DNA of 64,000 nt from Bacteroidota bacterium (lineage in GTDB: Bacteria > Bacteroidota > Bacteroidia > JAHEXY01). The position numbers were made by a program, and so were the translations under genes. How positions within the stretch are numbered: the first letter of the stretch is position 1; each line of letters starts with the position of its first letter. This document shows positions 28,701-38,331 of the stretch, piece by piece. The stretch is from NCBI GenBank assembly GCA_023251875.1, contig JAHEXY010000015.1, forward strand, positions 2,726-66,725. The letters are read 5' to 3'. Under the pieces are notes generated by a model. It searched no databases. It saw nothing but the letters and a program-made list of their open reading frames with translations, and was not told the origin of the DNA.

Positions 28701-31700
28701 TCTAGTACAGATTTACATGCCTCTGCAAGTGCAATCAGTAATGTAGCAAGTGCAGTTACAGAAGTAACAACTGATATAGATGGAGAATCAAGAAATGCGA
28801 CAACGCCAGATATAGGTGCTGATGAGATGCCTTTATCTGCAAATGATGCTGGACTATTAGCTTATACTTCGCCCATAGTTCCTTTTGCAGCAGGTTCACA
28901 AAATATTTCTGTTACACTTTTAAACAATAGCGGATCAACACTTACAAGTGCAAAAATTAATTGGACAGTAAACGGAGTAGCACAAACTCAATATTCTTGG
29001 TCTGGCTCAATTACTGCAGGAAGCAGTTCTGCCATTACTATTGGCACTTATTCATTTACACTAGGTACAGCTTATTCAATAACGGCAACCGTTAGTTTAC
29101 CCAATGGAAATACTGATATAAATAGCGCCAACGATGCCATTACAACAAGTAATTTATATGCAGGTTACAGCGGAACATATACAATAGGAGCTTCTGCTTG
29201 TACTTTTTCTAGCCTTACAGATGCTATTACAAAAATTCAATATGGAGGTTTGTTAGGTGCTGTTACTTTAAATATGAAAAGTGGAACCTATAACGAGCAA
29301 GTAAGTATTTCTCCTATTCCGGCCGCATCATCTACAAAAACACTTACAGTACAATCTGAAACCGGTGTTAATACTGATGTAGTAATTTCGTACGCAACTA
29401 CAAGTTCAAATAATTATGTTGTTCAATTAAATGGCGCAGATTATATTTCATTTAAAAACCTAACTATCCAAAGTACCGGAACAAGTTCTGCTCGTGTGGT
29501 ATGTTTAACAGCTGTTGCTGATAATAATACTTTTGATGGCAATAAATTAATTGGAGTACAAAATGTAGGTTCCGTTATTTATTGTTCAGATGCCTCAACT
29601 AGCCAAAATAATACGTTTAGAAATAATACTGTGCAATATGGCGATTATGGTATTTATTACTACGGACAAAATTCATCAAAAGCAGCAGGAATTAGTATCT
29701 CAAACAATACCATTCAAGATCAAAATTCTGCAGGTATTTGTTTGTACTATGTAAGTGCTCCTGTTATTTCATCTAATATTATTAGTACATCAAGCAATAG
29801 TTATTCATACAGAGGCATTAAAATGAGTTTATGCAGCAATGGTTATCAAGTTCAACAAAATAAAATTAGTGGAGGTACCGGATATGGTTTAGATTTTTCT
29901 TATGCTAATGGAATTTCATCTAGCTACGGATCTATTGCAAATAATTTTATCGAAACAGGAGCTTACATTAGTGGTTCTAATATCTACCCTGCTTATGGAA
30001 TCAATTTAGATCATTGTGATTATATTAATCTTTATTATAATGCAGTTAATGTAGTTGCTAGCAATCCTTCTACCAATAATTATGCGCTTTATACTGATCA
30101 TGGATCTTATCAAAATTATAAAAACAATATTTTCAAAAACAATGCAGGTGGTTATGCTTTGTATTGCAATGCATCGGGTGTTATAAGCAGTAGCGATTAT
30201 AACGATTTGTATTCTAGCGGAAGCGCTTCTGTGTATACTTATTTAAATGGAACAGCTTATGATGTAATTTCTAGCTGGAGAACCGGCTCTGGATTCGATT
30301 CACATTCATACCAAGTAAATCCTCAATACACATCAGATACTGATTTACATATTAACCAACCGGCATTAAATGCAAAAGGAAGTACCATTTCAGGATATAC
30401 AACGGATATTGATGGCGAAACAAGAAATACATCTACACCTGATATTGGTGCTGACGAAAGAGAAGGATTTACATCATTAACGGATGTTGGTGTTACGGCA
30501 CTTGTTTCTCCTTCTGTAGCCAACGGATTAAGTGAAACTGTTGCGGTAAAAATTAGAATTGAAAATTTAGGTAGTACAACAATATCAGGAAGCCTTAGTG
30601 TTGGGTATATTCTTAATGGTGGCACTCAAGTAACAGAAAATACTGGAAGCCTTTCTCTTAATCCGGGTGATAGAACAGATTATACATTTACAAATGTTCC
30701 AACAGGATTGGCTGCATTAAAATCTCTTTCTGTAAAAGCATTTACCATGCTTTCATCTGATGCAAATTATGCTAATGATACTTTAACAACTGACTTAGAA
30801 TGGCTGCCGGATTTACTAGTAACAAGCATTAATACAGCAAGCTCTTTTACGCTTGCGCAGACAATTGATTTAACTTGGATAGTTTCAAATAATGGAAATG
30901 GTAGTACAGGTTCTAATACTTGGTATGATCATGTTTGGTTATCGAGTGATGAAGATTTAAGACAGAGCGATGATGTATTATTAACTACAGTTGGCAACTT
31001 AACCTATTTACAAGCCGGGCAAACCTATACACAAACAGCCAGTATTGCTATACCAACTGGCGTAGCTTCCGGTAATTATTATTTATTTGTTACATCAGAT
31101 ATGTACGATGCTTATTGCGTTGGGGGAACTTGTTATGATGGAGTAGATAGAGATTCTCATGGCCACACTAATTGTAACGTAGTAGATGAAATTTATGATG
31201 ATAACAATTATGCCTCTGCACAAATTGTATTAACTACCCCTCCATCAGCTGATTTAAATGTTACTTCAGTAGCCGTACCAAGTTCTGCTTATAGCGGAAC
31301 AAGTGTTACAGTAAATTATACTGTACAAAATAAAGGAGCTGCTGCAATAAGCAGTGGTTCATGGACGGATTATATTTATGTAAGCTCATCAACAACATTT
31401 GATGCAAGTACTGCAACTTATGTTGCTAGTGTTTCTAACGCAGCAAGTTTATCGGTAAATGCTTCATATAGCATTGCACAATCAATTACAATCCCCAATG
31501 CTATATATGGTAATTATTATGTTTATGTTGTTGCAAATGCAAATGCGGGTGTAACAGAATATACCAATACCTATTCAAATACTAGTACTAGTAATACAAT
31601 GGCTGTTACATTAACACCTCCTGCTAATTTGGTACCCCAATCCATTACATGTGCAGCAAGTGCAAATTCAGGCCAATCTTATTCTATAAGCTGGACTGTA

Positions 31701-34700
31701 AAAAACAATGGAGCCAATGCACCCTATGAATCATTGTGGAATGATAAAATTTATATTTCTACTTCAAGTTCTTTTGATGCAAGTACTGCAACTTTAATTG
31801 GCACCTATTACAAAACTAGCGGAACTTCTCTTTCTGCTACTTCTTCTTATACAGCATCAGAATCCTATACTTTACCCAATGGAATAAGCGGAAATTATTA
31901 CGTGTATGTGGTGGTTGATGCAGATAATAATGTTTACGAATATACAAGCGATAATGATAATACATTAAAAAGTACAAGTACTGTTGCCATTGCATTATCT
32001 GCTTCGCCTGATTTAACAGTTACATCTTCTACCGTTGATGCTACGGTATATGCCGGCTATACAACTACACTTTCGTGGAATGTAAAAAACCAAGGTACAG
32101 CTGCTGCTTCATCATGGATCAATGGAATTTATCTTTCTTCAGATAACACAATAGATGCATCTGATGTGCTTCTTGATACTATTACTACTTCAACTAGTTT
32201 AGCAACAAATCAAACTGCAACATTAAGTGCAACTATAAATCTTACTGATCTTACAATAAGCGGAGCTTATTATATAATTGTAAGTGCCGATTATAACAAT
32301 GCCATTTATGAATACAATGGAGAAACCAATAATTCATTAGGAAAAGCTGTTACCATGAGCTGGAAATATGCCGACTTAAACATTACAAGTTTTACAGCTA
32401 ATGCAACAGCAAATTCAGGTGGAAGTATAAGCGCCTCATGGCAAGTACAAAATGCAGGAACAGGATATACATACAAAACCTATTGGTATGATTATGTTTA
32501 TTTGTCTACCAATAATACGTATGATGCTGCCGATACAAAATTAAAAACATCACTAAGATATGGAACATTAGAAGCATCGGCTTCATATTCTCAATCATCA
32601 GTTAGCATTGATATACCTGATGGTCTTTCTTCAGGAACCTATTATTTAATTTTTGCTGCAGATGCCATACACATGGTAACGAATGAAACATCTACATCTA
32701 ATAATTATTTAGCAAAAGCAATAACCATTAGTGCAACTACTCCTTCTGATGTAATTGTGAGTAGCGCTACCGTACCAACATCAGTTTATGCAGGTCAAGA
32801 ATTAACAATTCCGTATACTGTAACCAATCAAGGTACAGTTGCAACACAATACAGCAGTTGGTATGCCGGGGTTTATTTGAGTAACAAAACAGATTTATCT
32901 GATTACAATATTAAACTTGCACAACAAAAAGGAAACGTAATATTAAACCCTGGCGCATCCTTTACGGGCAGTATCACTATTACAGTTCCATCTTATCTTT
33001 CGGGAAATAATTATTTAATTGTAATGGCCGATTGTAATGATAAATTATATGAAGGTTCAAATGAAGGTAATAATTTAAAAGCATGCTTAACAAATATACA
33101 AGTTGCAAGTCCGAGTGATTTAACGGTAACAGCAATAAGTTTACCTTCATCCGTTATATTGGGTAATACAGCCAGTGTTTCTTACACCATTAAAAATAAT
33201 GGAAGCAGCACAGCCGTTGGCGCTTTAAGAGATATTACATATTTATCTTCAAATAATTCTTTAGATGCAAGTGTTGATCAACTGATCAATTACAACGATC
33301 AAACTATTTCATTGGCTGCCGGAAGTTCTGCTTCATACACCATGAGTGGTGCAGTAACAGGTATTATGCCGGGAAATTATTATGGCATTTTAAATACAAA
33401 TGCTTTAAATACCATTAGCGAAACAAATACTTCTAATAATACTTTAACAACAAGTTCAACTTCTGCAGTAGGTGTAAATGCTTTAACATTGGGTACTGCA
33501 AGTTCCAGCAACTTGCAAATAGATAATAATGTTTATTATAAAGTTGATGTAAGTGTAAACCAAGATTTGATGTTAACGCTTACTAGTAACCAAACAGATG
33601 GCTATAATGAAGTGTATGTTGCATACAATAGAATTCCATCTACAACTGATTATGATTATAAGCAATCTGTTGCAGCCATTAATCAACAAGTATTGGTTCC
33701 ATCCACACAAGCGGGATCCTATTACATCATGATTAAAACAATATCTATGTTTTCATCAACACAAACGGTTTCTGTATTGGCGCAAGCATTATCGTTTCAA
33801 ATTTTAAGCATCGATCCAAGTACAATAGGGCAGGGGGTAGTAACGTGTACATTAAAAGGAGCCGGTTTTAGAACAGGTATGCAAGTTTATCTTAAAAACT
33901 CAAGCAATGTTATTGTCGCTACCGCTGAAATTAGAGAAGAAGTAAGCAGCATGGAATTTAGAATACGTTGGTCTCTTGCAAGTGTTGCATTAGGAACATA
34001 TAATGTAGTTGCAGTTAATACAGATTTAAGTACTGCTACTCTTACCAATGGTTTAACAGTGGAGACTGCTACAGATTATAATATTAGTTATACAAAATAT
34101 ACACCAAGTGAAATTAAACATGGAGCATCAGCCTTTTATACATATACAATTAAAAATATGGCAAATATAGATGTGCCTTATCTTGTTGGTTATTTTATGA
34201 TTGATTCTACGGTTGAAGTTTCAGAAGCAAAAATAAACGGAGAAGTATATCAATCATCACTCATTAATCCAACTACTGGAGAAGCTACTTATTGGTTCGA
34301 TGGCTCTGGGAAAAGATTTATTCCATTTCATTTAAAAGACCTACAACCTAACGAAGAGGTAAGTATCGATTTTACATTTAAGAATTTTGAAGAAGATACA
34401 TTTAGTGTTTATTTTATGTATAAAGCAATCAGTAAAGCAACAAAAATTAATTATGCATTAGCAGAAGCTGATTCAATGAGAAGTAATATTATTAGAAACG
34501 TTTCTTATTATTCTCCTATTCTTGGTGGTGATTTGATTAGTTTTTTATATGATCAAATTAATGCCCGTAAATTTTACCTTGCTTATTTAACTAAAATTAA
34601 TGATGTACTTCCGGAAGATACCGTTGGTATTACTTATACAAACAATCTTAGTCTTGCAGTTATATTGAACTCTAAATTAAATGCAACACAAGCTTTAGGT

Positions 34701-36944
34701 TGTGATTTTGCAGAGAATGTTGAAGAAGATATTGATGCATTACTTGAATCGGTTTCAGAAATTCCATTTGAAGCAATGAGTGAAGTTACTCCTGTTACTG
34801 GATTATTTTCGGATAATACATCGGATGTAGTTGTTTCGGTTGCTGTAATTGGAGGCTTAGTTGTTGTTGGGTATGTAGGTTCTGAAGTAGGAATAGCAGC
34901 CGTATTAGCAGTAGGTTCTGTTGCTGGAGTTGGCCTTGGTTTATATGCTATATACCAAACAATGGATGGTATTTCTCCGTGTGATGATGATGATCATTAT
35001 ACAACCAGTGATTTACTTGATGATGTAAAAGATCAATTACCTTCTATTCCTTGGCCAAATGGAGGTGATAAAGATGGTAAACTTATTGGCTATCCTGTTG
35101 ACCCCAATGAAATCTCCGGCCCATCAGGCTTAGGCTCTAAACAATGGGTTTCAATAAATGATAATTTAAACTATACTATTTATTTCGAAAACGATTCTGA
35201 TGCTACAGCACCGGCTCAACAAATAGTAATAGCACAACCTTTAAGTTCTCATGTTGATCCTTACAGTGTAACATTAGGAAACTTTGGTTTTGCAAATATG
35301 AATTTTTCTGTACCTGCAAATAGTATTACTTATTCTACAACACTTGATTTAGTTGATACTTTAGGTGTTGATGTAAATGTTAGTGCAGGTTTGGATATTG
35401 TAAACAACCAAGTATTATGGACTTTCCAAGCTATTGATCCTAATACAGGAAAAGCACCTATCGATCCTTCAAAAGGAATTTTACAACCGGATGATGCAAG
35501 TGGTGTTGGACAAGGTTTTGTTTCTTACTCCGTAAATCCAAGTGCATCATGCAATACAGGAGACTCAATAAATGCTACTGCTGAAATTACTTTTGATGTA
35601 AATGAACCGGTATCTACCAATATGCATTTTAATGTTGTTGATGCACATGCTCCTGTAACAACCATGAGCGCATTAGCAACAAGCTATACTACTCCATCCT
35701 TTACTTTAAATTGGAACGGGATTGATGATAGCAGCAATGGAGTAGGGATAGAAAATTATGATGTGTATGTATCACATAATGGCGCTGCTTATGAATTGTA
35801 TTCAGAAAATACTTCTGCAACTTCAGTAGCCTTTACCGGAAGTTCATCTGATGTAAGCTTATCGTTTTATGTAGTAGCAATGGATAGTGTAAGCAATCAA
35901 GAAACAAAATCTGTTGCAGATATTAGCACTTCTATTGGTAGTATAACGGTTACTTCACCTAATGGAGGAGAAGCGTCTTGTGCATCTAGTTCAAGAACCA
36001 TTACTTGGTCTGCAAGTAATGTGAGTAGTTTTAATTTGTATTATTCTACTAATGGAACATCGTATACAAGTATTGCAAATAATGTGAGTGGTAATTCATA
36101 CAACTGGACTTTACCATCTGCCTCCGGTACTTATTATGTAAAAGTTAGTAATGCCTCTAATGAAGCCATGTATGATGTTTCAAATGCAACTTTTACCATT
36201 AATGCATTACCATCACCTACTATTACTTCTAGTACTGGAACAACTAGTTTTTGTACATCGGCTACTTTAACATCAAGTGCTGCTACTAACTATAGTTGGA
36301 GCACAGGAAGTACAGCATCTTCCATTAGTATTACTGCAAGCGGAACTTATACCGTAACGGTTACCAATTCAAATGGCTGTTCGGCAAGTACAAGTAAAAC
36401 CATGAGTAAAACTTCTGCTCCAACAGCTAATTTTAATTTTACTACTTCTGCAAAAACAGCCACGTTTAGTAATACCTCAACCAATGCAAGTTCTTATAGC
36501 TGGAACTTTGGTGATGCTGCAACAAGCACTTCAACTTCTCCTTCTCATACGTATAGCGCAGCAGGAACCTATAGCGTAAAACTTATTGCTACAAATAGTT
36601 GTGGAAGTAATTCAAAAACTAGGTCAGTTACTGTAAGTTCTTCAAAAACATCGGGTATCGATGAAGTAAGCATAACTGAAGAAGAAGTGTTATGGTTGTA
36701 TCCAAATCCATCTTCTGATATTGCAAATATTGATGTGAATGTTGAAAATGAAGAAAGTGATGTTGAAATAAATGTAATTGATTTAACGGGTAAAATAGTT
36801 GAGAAATTATATTCCGGAAATCTTTCTAATGGAAAATATGCTTATCAATGGAATGCCGGAAAATACAATAGCGGCATTTATTTAGTGATGGTTAAAATTG
36901 ATGATCAAATGTATCAAAAACGTTTGGTTGTAGTTAAAAATTAG
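25791..36944 (+). CDS. giant (3717 aa) T9SS-secreted multidomain surface protein: 3 beta-helix modules, CARDB array, PPC-like, DUF11-like, FN3-like, PKD, type A sorting domain
   Basis: Single 11,154-nt ORF with a signal peptide. Three ~545-aa modules each end in TDIDG.SR..TPDIGADE plus an Ig-like domain. About 10 CARDB-like repeats follow (NxG...W.D.VYLS patterns). PKD motif WNFGD..HTY. C-terminal LYPNPS..GIYLVMV..RLVVVKN. Confidence 0.9.
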   Translation: MKNSLFSKTQSVIIFFFIINSFLFSSVLGAALSGTYTIGGTSPNYSTIASAVSALTSNGVSGAVTFNIRTGTYTEHISITAISGASSTNTVTFQSETGVNTNVVLTYASSASSSTDYVLQLDGASYLRFKNMSIQSTGGSVIYIKNSACYNVFDGDIITGVTSGTYKYIVYTSSATNSQNNQFTNNTFQNGSYGFYYNGKSSSYASGLVVSNNTFSGQSSSPIDFIYVNSPTISQNIIGGTNSNNNNNGAIEIHTSSGTLQIDKNKITGMFRYGILLNNNTGTSSSYGLVANNFIQIGGSTTYSYYCYGIYVDGQTYTKFYHNSVNITTGSGSTLDVSKAALYFDNSYTTSYLNFYNNIFVNSAGGYVVYAEALPTSSVCNYNDLYTSGATLAYSVSAAKNTIADWRTASAFDANSFNVDPSYTNSTDLHAASSTLCDAGTPVSEVTTDIDGASRSTTTPDIGADEYQVLTDDAALLSFTSPTIPFAAGSQTVKVTLFNNGVNAITSATIAWTVNGVSQTNYSWSGSLASGASTTATLGNYTFNLGTAYTIVTTVSSPNGHTDTKSTNNAITSSSLYAGYSGTYEVGTSSGYTFTTLANAITALQNGGMVGAVTLSLQSQTFNEQVSIAQISGSSSTNTLTIQSKSGNNTDVTLSYTGTITSSNNYIVQLNGVDYTTIKNIKIQNTNTSYSKVIEFTNNANYNTINNCLIYGGTTGTSDNLILVYSGSSYLNENNSITNNTIQTGSVGIYFAGTSSTYSSGITITNNNISNVKSKAINVAYQNACNISQNIISGYSYTSFYGIYIANSSNGLRIEKNKITGGYGYGIYLSSVNGSSSDYALVDNNFIQIGGTSTCKGIYLSSNTYLKLYYNSINITGTSTSTSGYATPLYLNSSFANIQIKNNIFANTGGGYAIYSATTTNTSSICDYNDLYTSGSNLAYWSSANRTDLAAWRTASSLDANSVSANPTFTSSTDLHASASAISNVASAVTEVTTDIDGESRNATTPDIGADEMPLSANDAGLLAYTSPIVPFAAGSQNISVTLLNNSGSTLTSAKINWTVNGVAQTQYSWSGSITAGSSSAITIGTYSFTLGTAYSITATVSLPNGNTDINSANDAITTSNLYAGYSGTYTIGASACTFSSLTDAITKIQYGGLLGAVTLNMKSGTYNEQVSISPIPAASSTKTLTVQSETGVNTDVVISYATTSSNNYVVQLNGADYISFKNLTIQSTGTSSARVVCLTAVADNNTFDGNKLIGVQNVGSVIYCSDASTSQNNTFRNNTVQYGDYGIYYYGQNSSKAAGISISNNTIQDQNSAGICLYYVSAPVISSNIISTSSNSYSYRGIKMSLCSNGYQVQQNKISGGTGYGLDFSYANGISSSYGSIANNFIETGAYISGSNIYPAYGINLDHCDYINLYYNAVNVVASNPSTNNYALYTDHGSYQNYKNNIFKNNAGGYALYCNASGVISSSDYNDLYSSGSASVYTYLNGTAYDVISSWRTGSGFDSHSYQVNPQYTSDTDLHINQPALNAKGSTISGYTTDIDGETRNTSTPDIGADEREGFTSLTDVGVTALVSPSVANGLSETVAVKIRIENLGSTTISGSLSVGYILNGGTQVTENTGSLSLNPGDRTDYTFTNVPTGLAALKSLSVKAFTMLSSDANYANDTLTTDLEWLPDLLVTSINTASSFTLAQTIDLTWIVSNNGNGSTGSNTWYDHVWLSSDEDLRQSDDVLLTTVGNLTYLQAGQTYTQTASIAIPTGVASGNYYLFVTSDMYDAYCVGGTCYDGVDRDSHGHTNCNVVDEIYDDNNYASAQIVLTTPPSADLNVTSVAVPSSAYSGTSVTVNYTVQNKGAAAISSGSWTDYIYVSSSTTFDASTATYVASVSNAASLSVNASYSIAQSITIPNAIYGNYYVYVVANANAGVTEYTNTYSNTSTSNTMAVTLTPPANLVPQSITCAASANSGQSYSISWTVKNNGANAPYESLWNDKIYISTSSSFDASTATLIGTYYKTSGTSLSATSSYTASESYTLPNGISGNYYVYVVVDADNNVYEYTSDNDNTLKSTSTVAIALSASPDLTVTSSTVDATVYAGYTTTLSWNVKNQGTAAASSWINGIYLSSDNTIDASDVLLDTITTSTSLATNQTATLSATINLTDLTISGAYYIIVSADYNNAIYEYNGETNNSLGKAVTMSWKYADLNITSFTANATANSGGSISASWQVQNAGTGYTYKTYWYDYVYLSTNNTYDAADTKLKTSLRYGTLEASASYSQSSVSIDIPDGLSSGTYYLIFAADAIHMVTNETSTSNNYLAKAITISATTPSDVIVSSATVPTSVYAGQELTIPYTVTNQGTVATQYSSWYAGVYLSNKTDLSDYNIKLAQQKGNVILNPGASFTGSITITVPSYLSGNNYLIVMADCNDKLYEGSNEGNNLKACLTNIQVASPSDLTVTAISLPSSVILGNTASVSYTIKNNGSSTAVGALRDITYLSSNNSLDASVDQLINYNDQTISLAAGSSASYTMSGAVTGIMPGNYYGILNTNALNTISETNTSNNTLTTSSTSAVGVNALTLGTASSSNLQIDNNVYYKVDVSVNQDLMLTLTSNQTDGYNEVYVAYNRIPSTTDYDYKQSVAAINQQVLVPSTQAGSYYIMIKTISMFSSTQTVSVLAQALSFQILSIDPSTIGQGVVTCTLKGAGFRTGMQVYLKNSSNVIVATAEIREEVSSMEFRIRWSLASVALGTYNVVAVNTDLSTATLTNGLTVETATDYNISYTKYTPSEIKHGASAFYTYTIKNMANIDVPYLVGYFMIDSTVEVSEAKINGEVYQSSLINPTTGEATYWFDGSGKRFIPFHLKDLQPNEEVSIDFTFKNFEEDTFSVYFMYKAISKATKINYALAEADSMRSNIIRNVSYYSPILGGDLISFLYDQINARKFYLAYLTKINDVLPEDTVGITYTNNLSLAVILNSKLNATQALGCDFAENVEEDIDALLESVSEIPFEAMSEVTPVTGLFSDNTSDVVVSVAVIGGLVVVGYVGSEVGIAAVLAVGSVAGVGLGLYAIYQTMDGISPCDDDDHYTTSDLLDDVKDQLPSIPWPNGGDKDGKLIGYPVDPNEISGPSGLGSKQWVSINDNLNYTIYFENDSDATAPAQQIVIAQPLSSHVDPYSVTLGNFGFANMNFSVPANSITYSTTLDLVDTLGVDVNVSAGLDIVNNQVLWTFQAIDPNTGKAPIDPSKGILQPDDASGVGQGFVSYSVNPSASCNTGDSINATAEITFDVNEPVSTNMHFNVVDAHAPVTTMSALATSYTTPSFTLNWNGIDDSSNGVGIENYDVYVSHNGAAYELYSENTSATSVAFTGSSSDVSLSFYVVAMDSVSNQETKSVADISTSIGSITVTSPNGGEASCASSSRTITWSASNVSSFNLYYSTNGTSYTSIANNVSGNSYNWTLPSASGTYYVKVSNASNEAMYDVSNATFTINALPSPTITSSTGTTSFCTSATLTSSAATNYSWSTGSTASSISITASGTYTVTVTNSNGCSASTSKTMSKTSAPTANFNFTTSAKTATFSNTSTNASSYSWNFGDAATSTSTSPSHTYSAAGTYSVKLIATNSCGSNSKTRSVTVSSSKTSGIDEVSITEEEVLWLYPNPSSDIANIDVNVENEESDVEINVIDLTGKIVEKLYSGNLSNGKYAYQWNAGKYNSGIYLVMVKIDDQMYQKRLVVVKN
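25884..30460 (+). repeat. three tandem, diverged ~1.64-kb coding modules inside the giant gene
   Basis: Module starts at the (L/Y)SGTY(T/E)(I/V)G motifs near 25884, 27528 and 29165. Each ends at DIGADE (near 27171, 28806, 30441). Confidence 0.8.
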
Positions 36945-36964
36945 AATATAAAAATAAATCCAAA

Positions 36965-37005
36965 CCCCTCCTCTCTGCCTATGGTGGAGGGGGGTAGGGT
37001 AAGGG
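36965..37005. repeat. GC-rich hairpin element (same family as 9137-9258)
   Basis: cccctcc (36965-36971) / ggagggg (36986-36992) followed by ggtagggtaaggg. Lies between the convergent giant gene and radical SAM gene. Confidence 0.7.
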
Positions 37006-38073
37006 TTAAAATAGACTTAACTGACCATTAAAGTCATTTCTAAAAATGCTACAATTTAGAGATTTTATTTTTCTACCTTTCATATATTTTGCTTTTGCAA
37101 TTTTGAACATTTGTTGTATTGATTCAGCCACTTTTCCATCTCCTCCCATTCGTTTTCCAAAACGACTGTCGTTTAACTGTCCGTTATGGCATTCAGCAAT
37201 TTGATGGAGTACTTTTTCTGCCCTGTCCGGAAAATTTTTCTTTATCCAATCGGTAAATATTTCTGCAATGGATCCGTTTAAACGAACAATTGTATATCCG
37301 GCAGAAACAGCTCCATTCTCTGCAGCTTGTTTGATTACTTCAGGTACTTCATGGCTATTGAGTCCGGGAATAATGGGGGCAACCATTACATTTACAGCTA
37401 ATCCTGCTGCAGATAATTCTTTTACGAGATTTAATCTGTTTTTATAGGTAGAAGTTCTCGGTTCTAATCTTTGTCTTAATGATTCGTCAAGAGAAGTAAT
37501 GGTAACATTTATGTGTACTAAATCAAGTTTATTAAGTTCTTTCAATAAATCAATGTCACGAAGAATAAGTGCATTTTTAGTAATGATGCTTACGGGATGT
37601 TTAAATTTTAGTAATACTTCTAATATTTTTCTTGTAATTTCTAATTTTCTCTCAATAGGTTGATAACAATCTGTATTGCCCGAAAGCATAATAGGATAAA
37701 CTTCCCATTGGGGATGTTGTAATTGTTTTTCTAAAATTTCAGGAGCATTTTGCTTAATTACTATTTTTCTTTCAAAATCTAATCCCGCACTAAACCCCCA
37801 GTATTGATGAGAATTTCTTGCATAGCAATAAATACATCCATGCTCGCAACCTTGGTAAGGATTCATCGAATAACCAGTTGGAATATCAGGGCTTTCAACT
37901 TTGTTGATAATCTTTTTAGGATTTTCAAAATAGTACTCCGTTTTAGAATTACTCATCCATTCTTCATCTAAACCCTCAATATGTTCTGTAACATATTTGT
38001 CTTTTAAATAAGGATTGTGTGTGTTCACTTGCGCTCCACGGCCTTTAAAATACGATGATTCATTTATTGACAT
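37006..38073 (-). CDS. radical SAM protein, PA0069 / SplB-like family
   Basis: CEHGCIYCYARNSHQYWGF contains the CxxxCxxC cluster; 355 aa. Confidence 0.85.
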   Translation of the reverse strand: MSINESSYFKGRGAQVNTHNPYLKDKYVTEHIEGLDEEWMSNSKTEYYFENPKKIINKVESPDIPTGYSMNPYQGCEHGCIYCYARNSHQYWGFSAGLDFERKIVIKQNAPEILEKQLQHPQWEVYPIMLSGNTDCYQPIERKLEITRKILEVLLKFKHPVSIITKNALILRDIDLLKELNKLDLVHINVTITSLDESLRQRLEPRTSTYKNRLNLVKELSAAGLAVNVMVAPIIPGLNSHEVPEVIKQAAENGAVSAGYTIVRLNGSIAEIFTDWIKKNFPDRAEKVLHQIAECHNGQLNDSRFGKRMGGDGKVAESIQQMFKIAKAKYMKGRKIKSLNCSIFRNDFNGQLSLF

Positions 38074-38331
38074 AAAATTGATCTTACAAAAAAATATTGG
38101 TTCTAGTCTAAAATTTGACTGATAGCTATGGTTTTCTAATGTAAGCTACCTGGGTTTTCATCAGTCAGTTTATAGACTAGAGCCAAAATATTCATGCAAG
38201 ATAAATGATAGTCTATGGTTATTGCTATTTGTTGAAAAACATTTTTTGAAGAAACTCACCCATACTAAATTGATTTCTTACCCCCGCAAGAATAGATAAT
38301 TTAGCATTGATGGGTGAGTTGTAGGCTTATT

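Noticed and set aside
26980-30625. Several 68-100-aa alternative-frame or antisense ORFs within the giant gene
   Set aside because: They overlap the 11-kb ORF, and their repetitive Ser/Thr/Pro-rich translations mirror the sense repeats.
3166-33480. Periodic repeats (9-nt STG repeat, 1.64-kb modules, CARDB array) considered as possible CRISPR or tandem-satellite arrays
   Set aside because: All are in-frame coding repeats within long ORFs. There is no repeat-spacer architecture, and no cas genes occur in the window.
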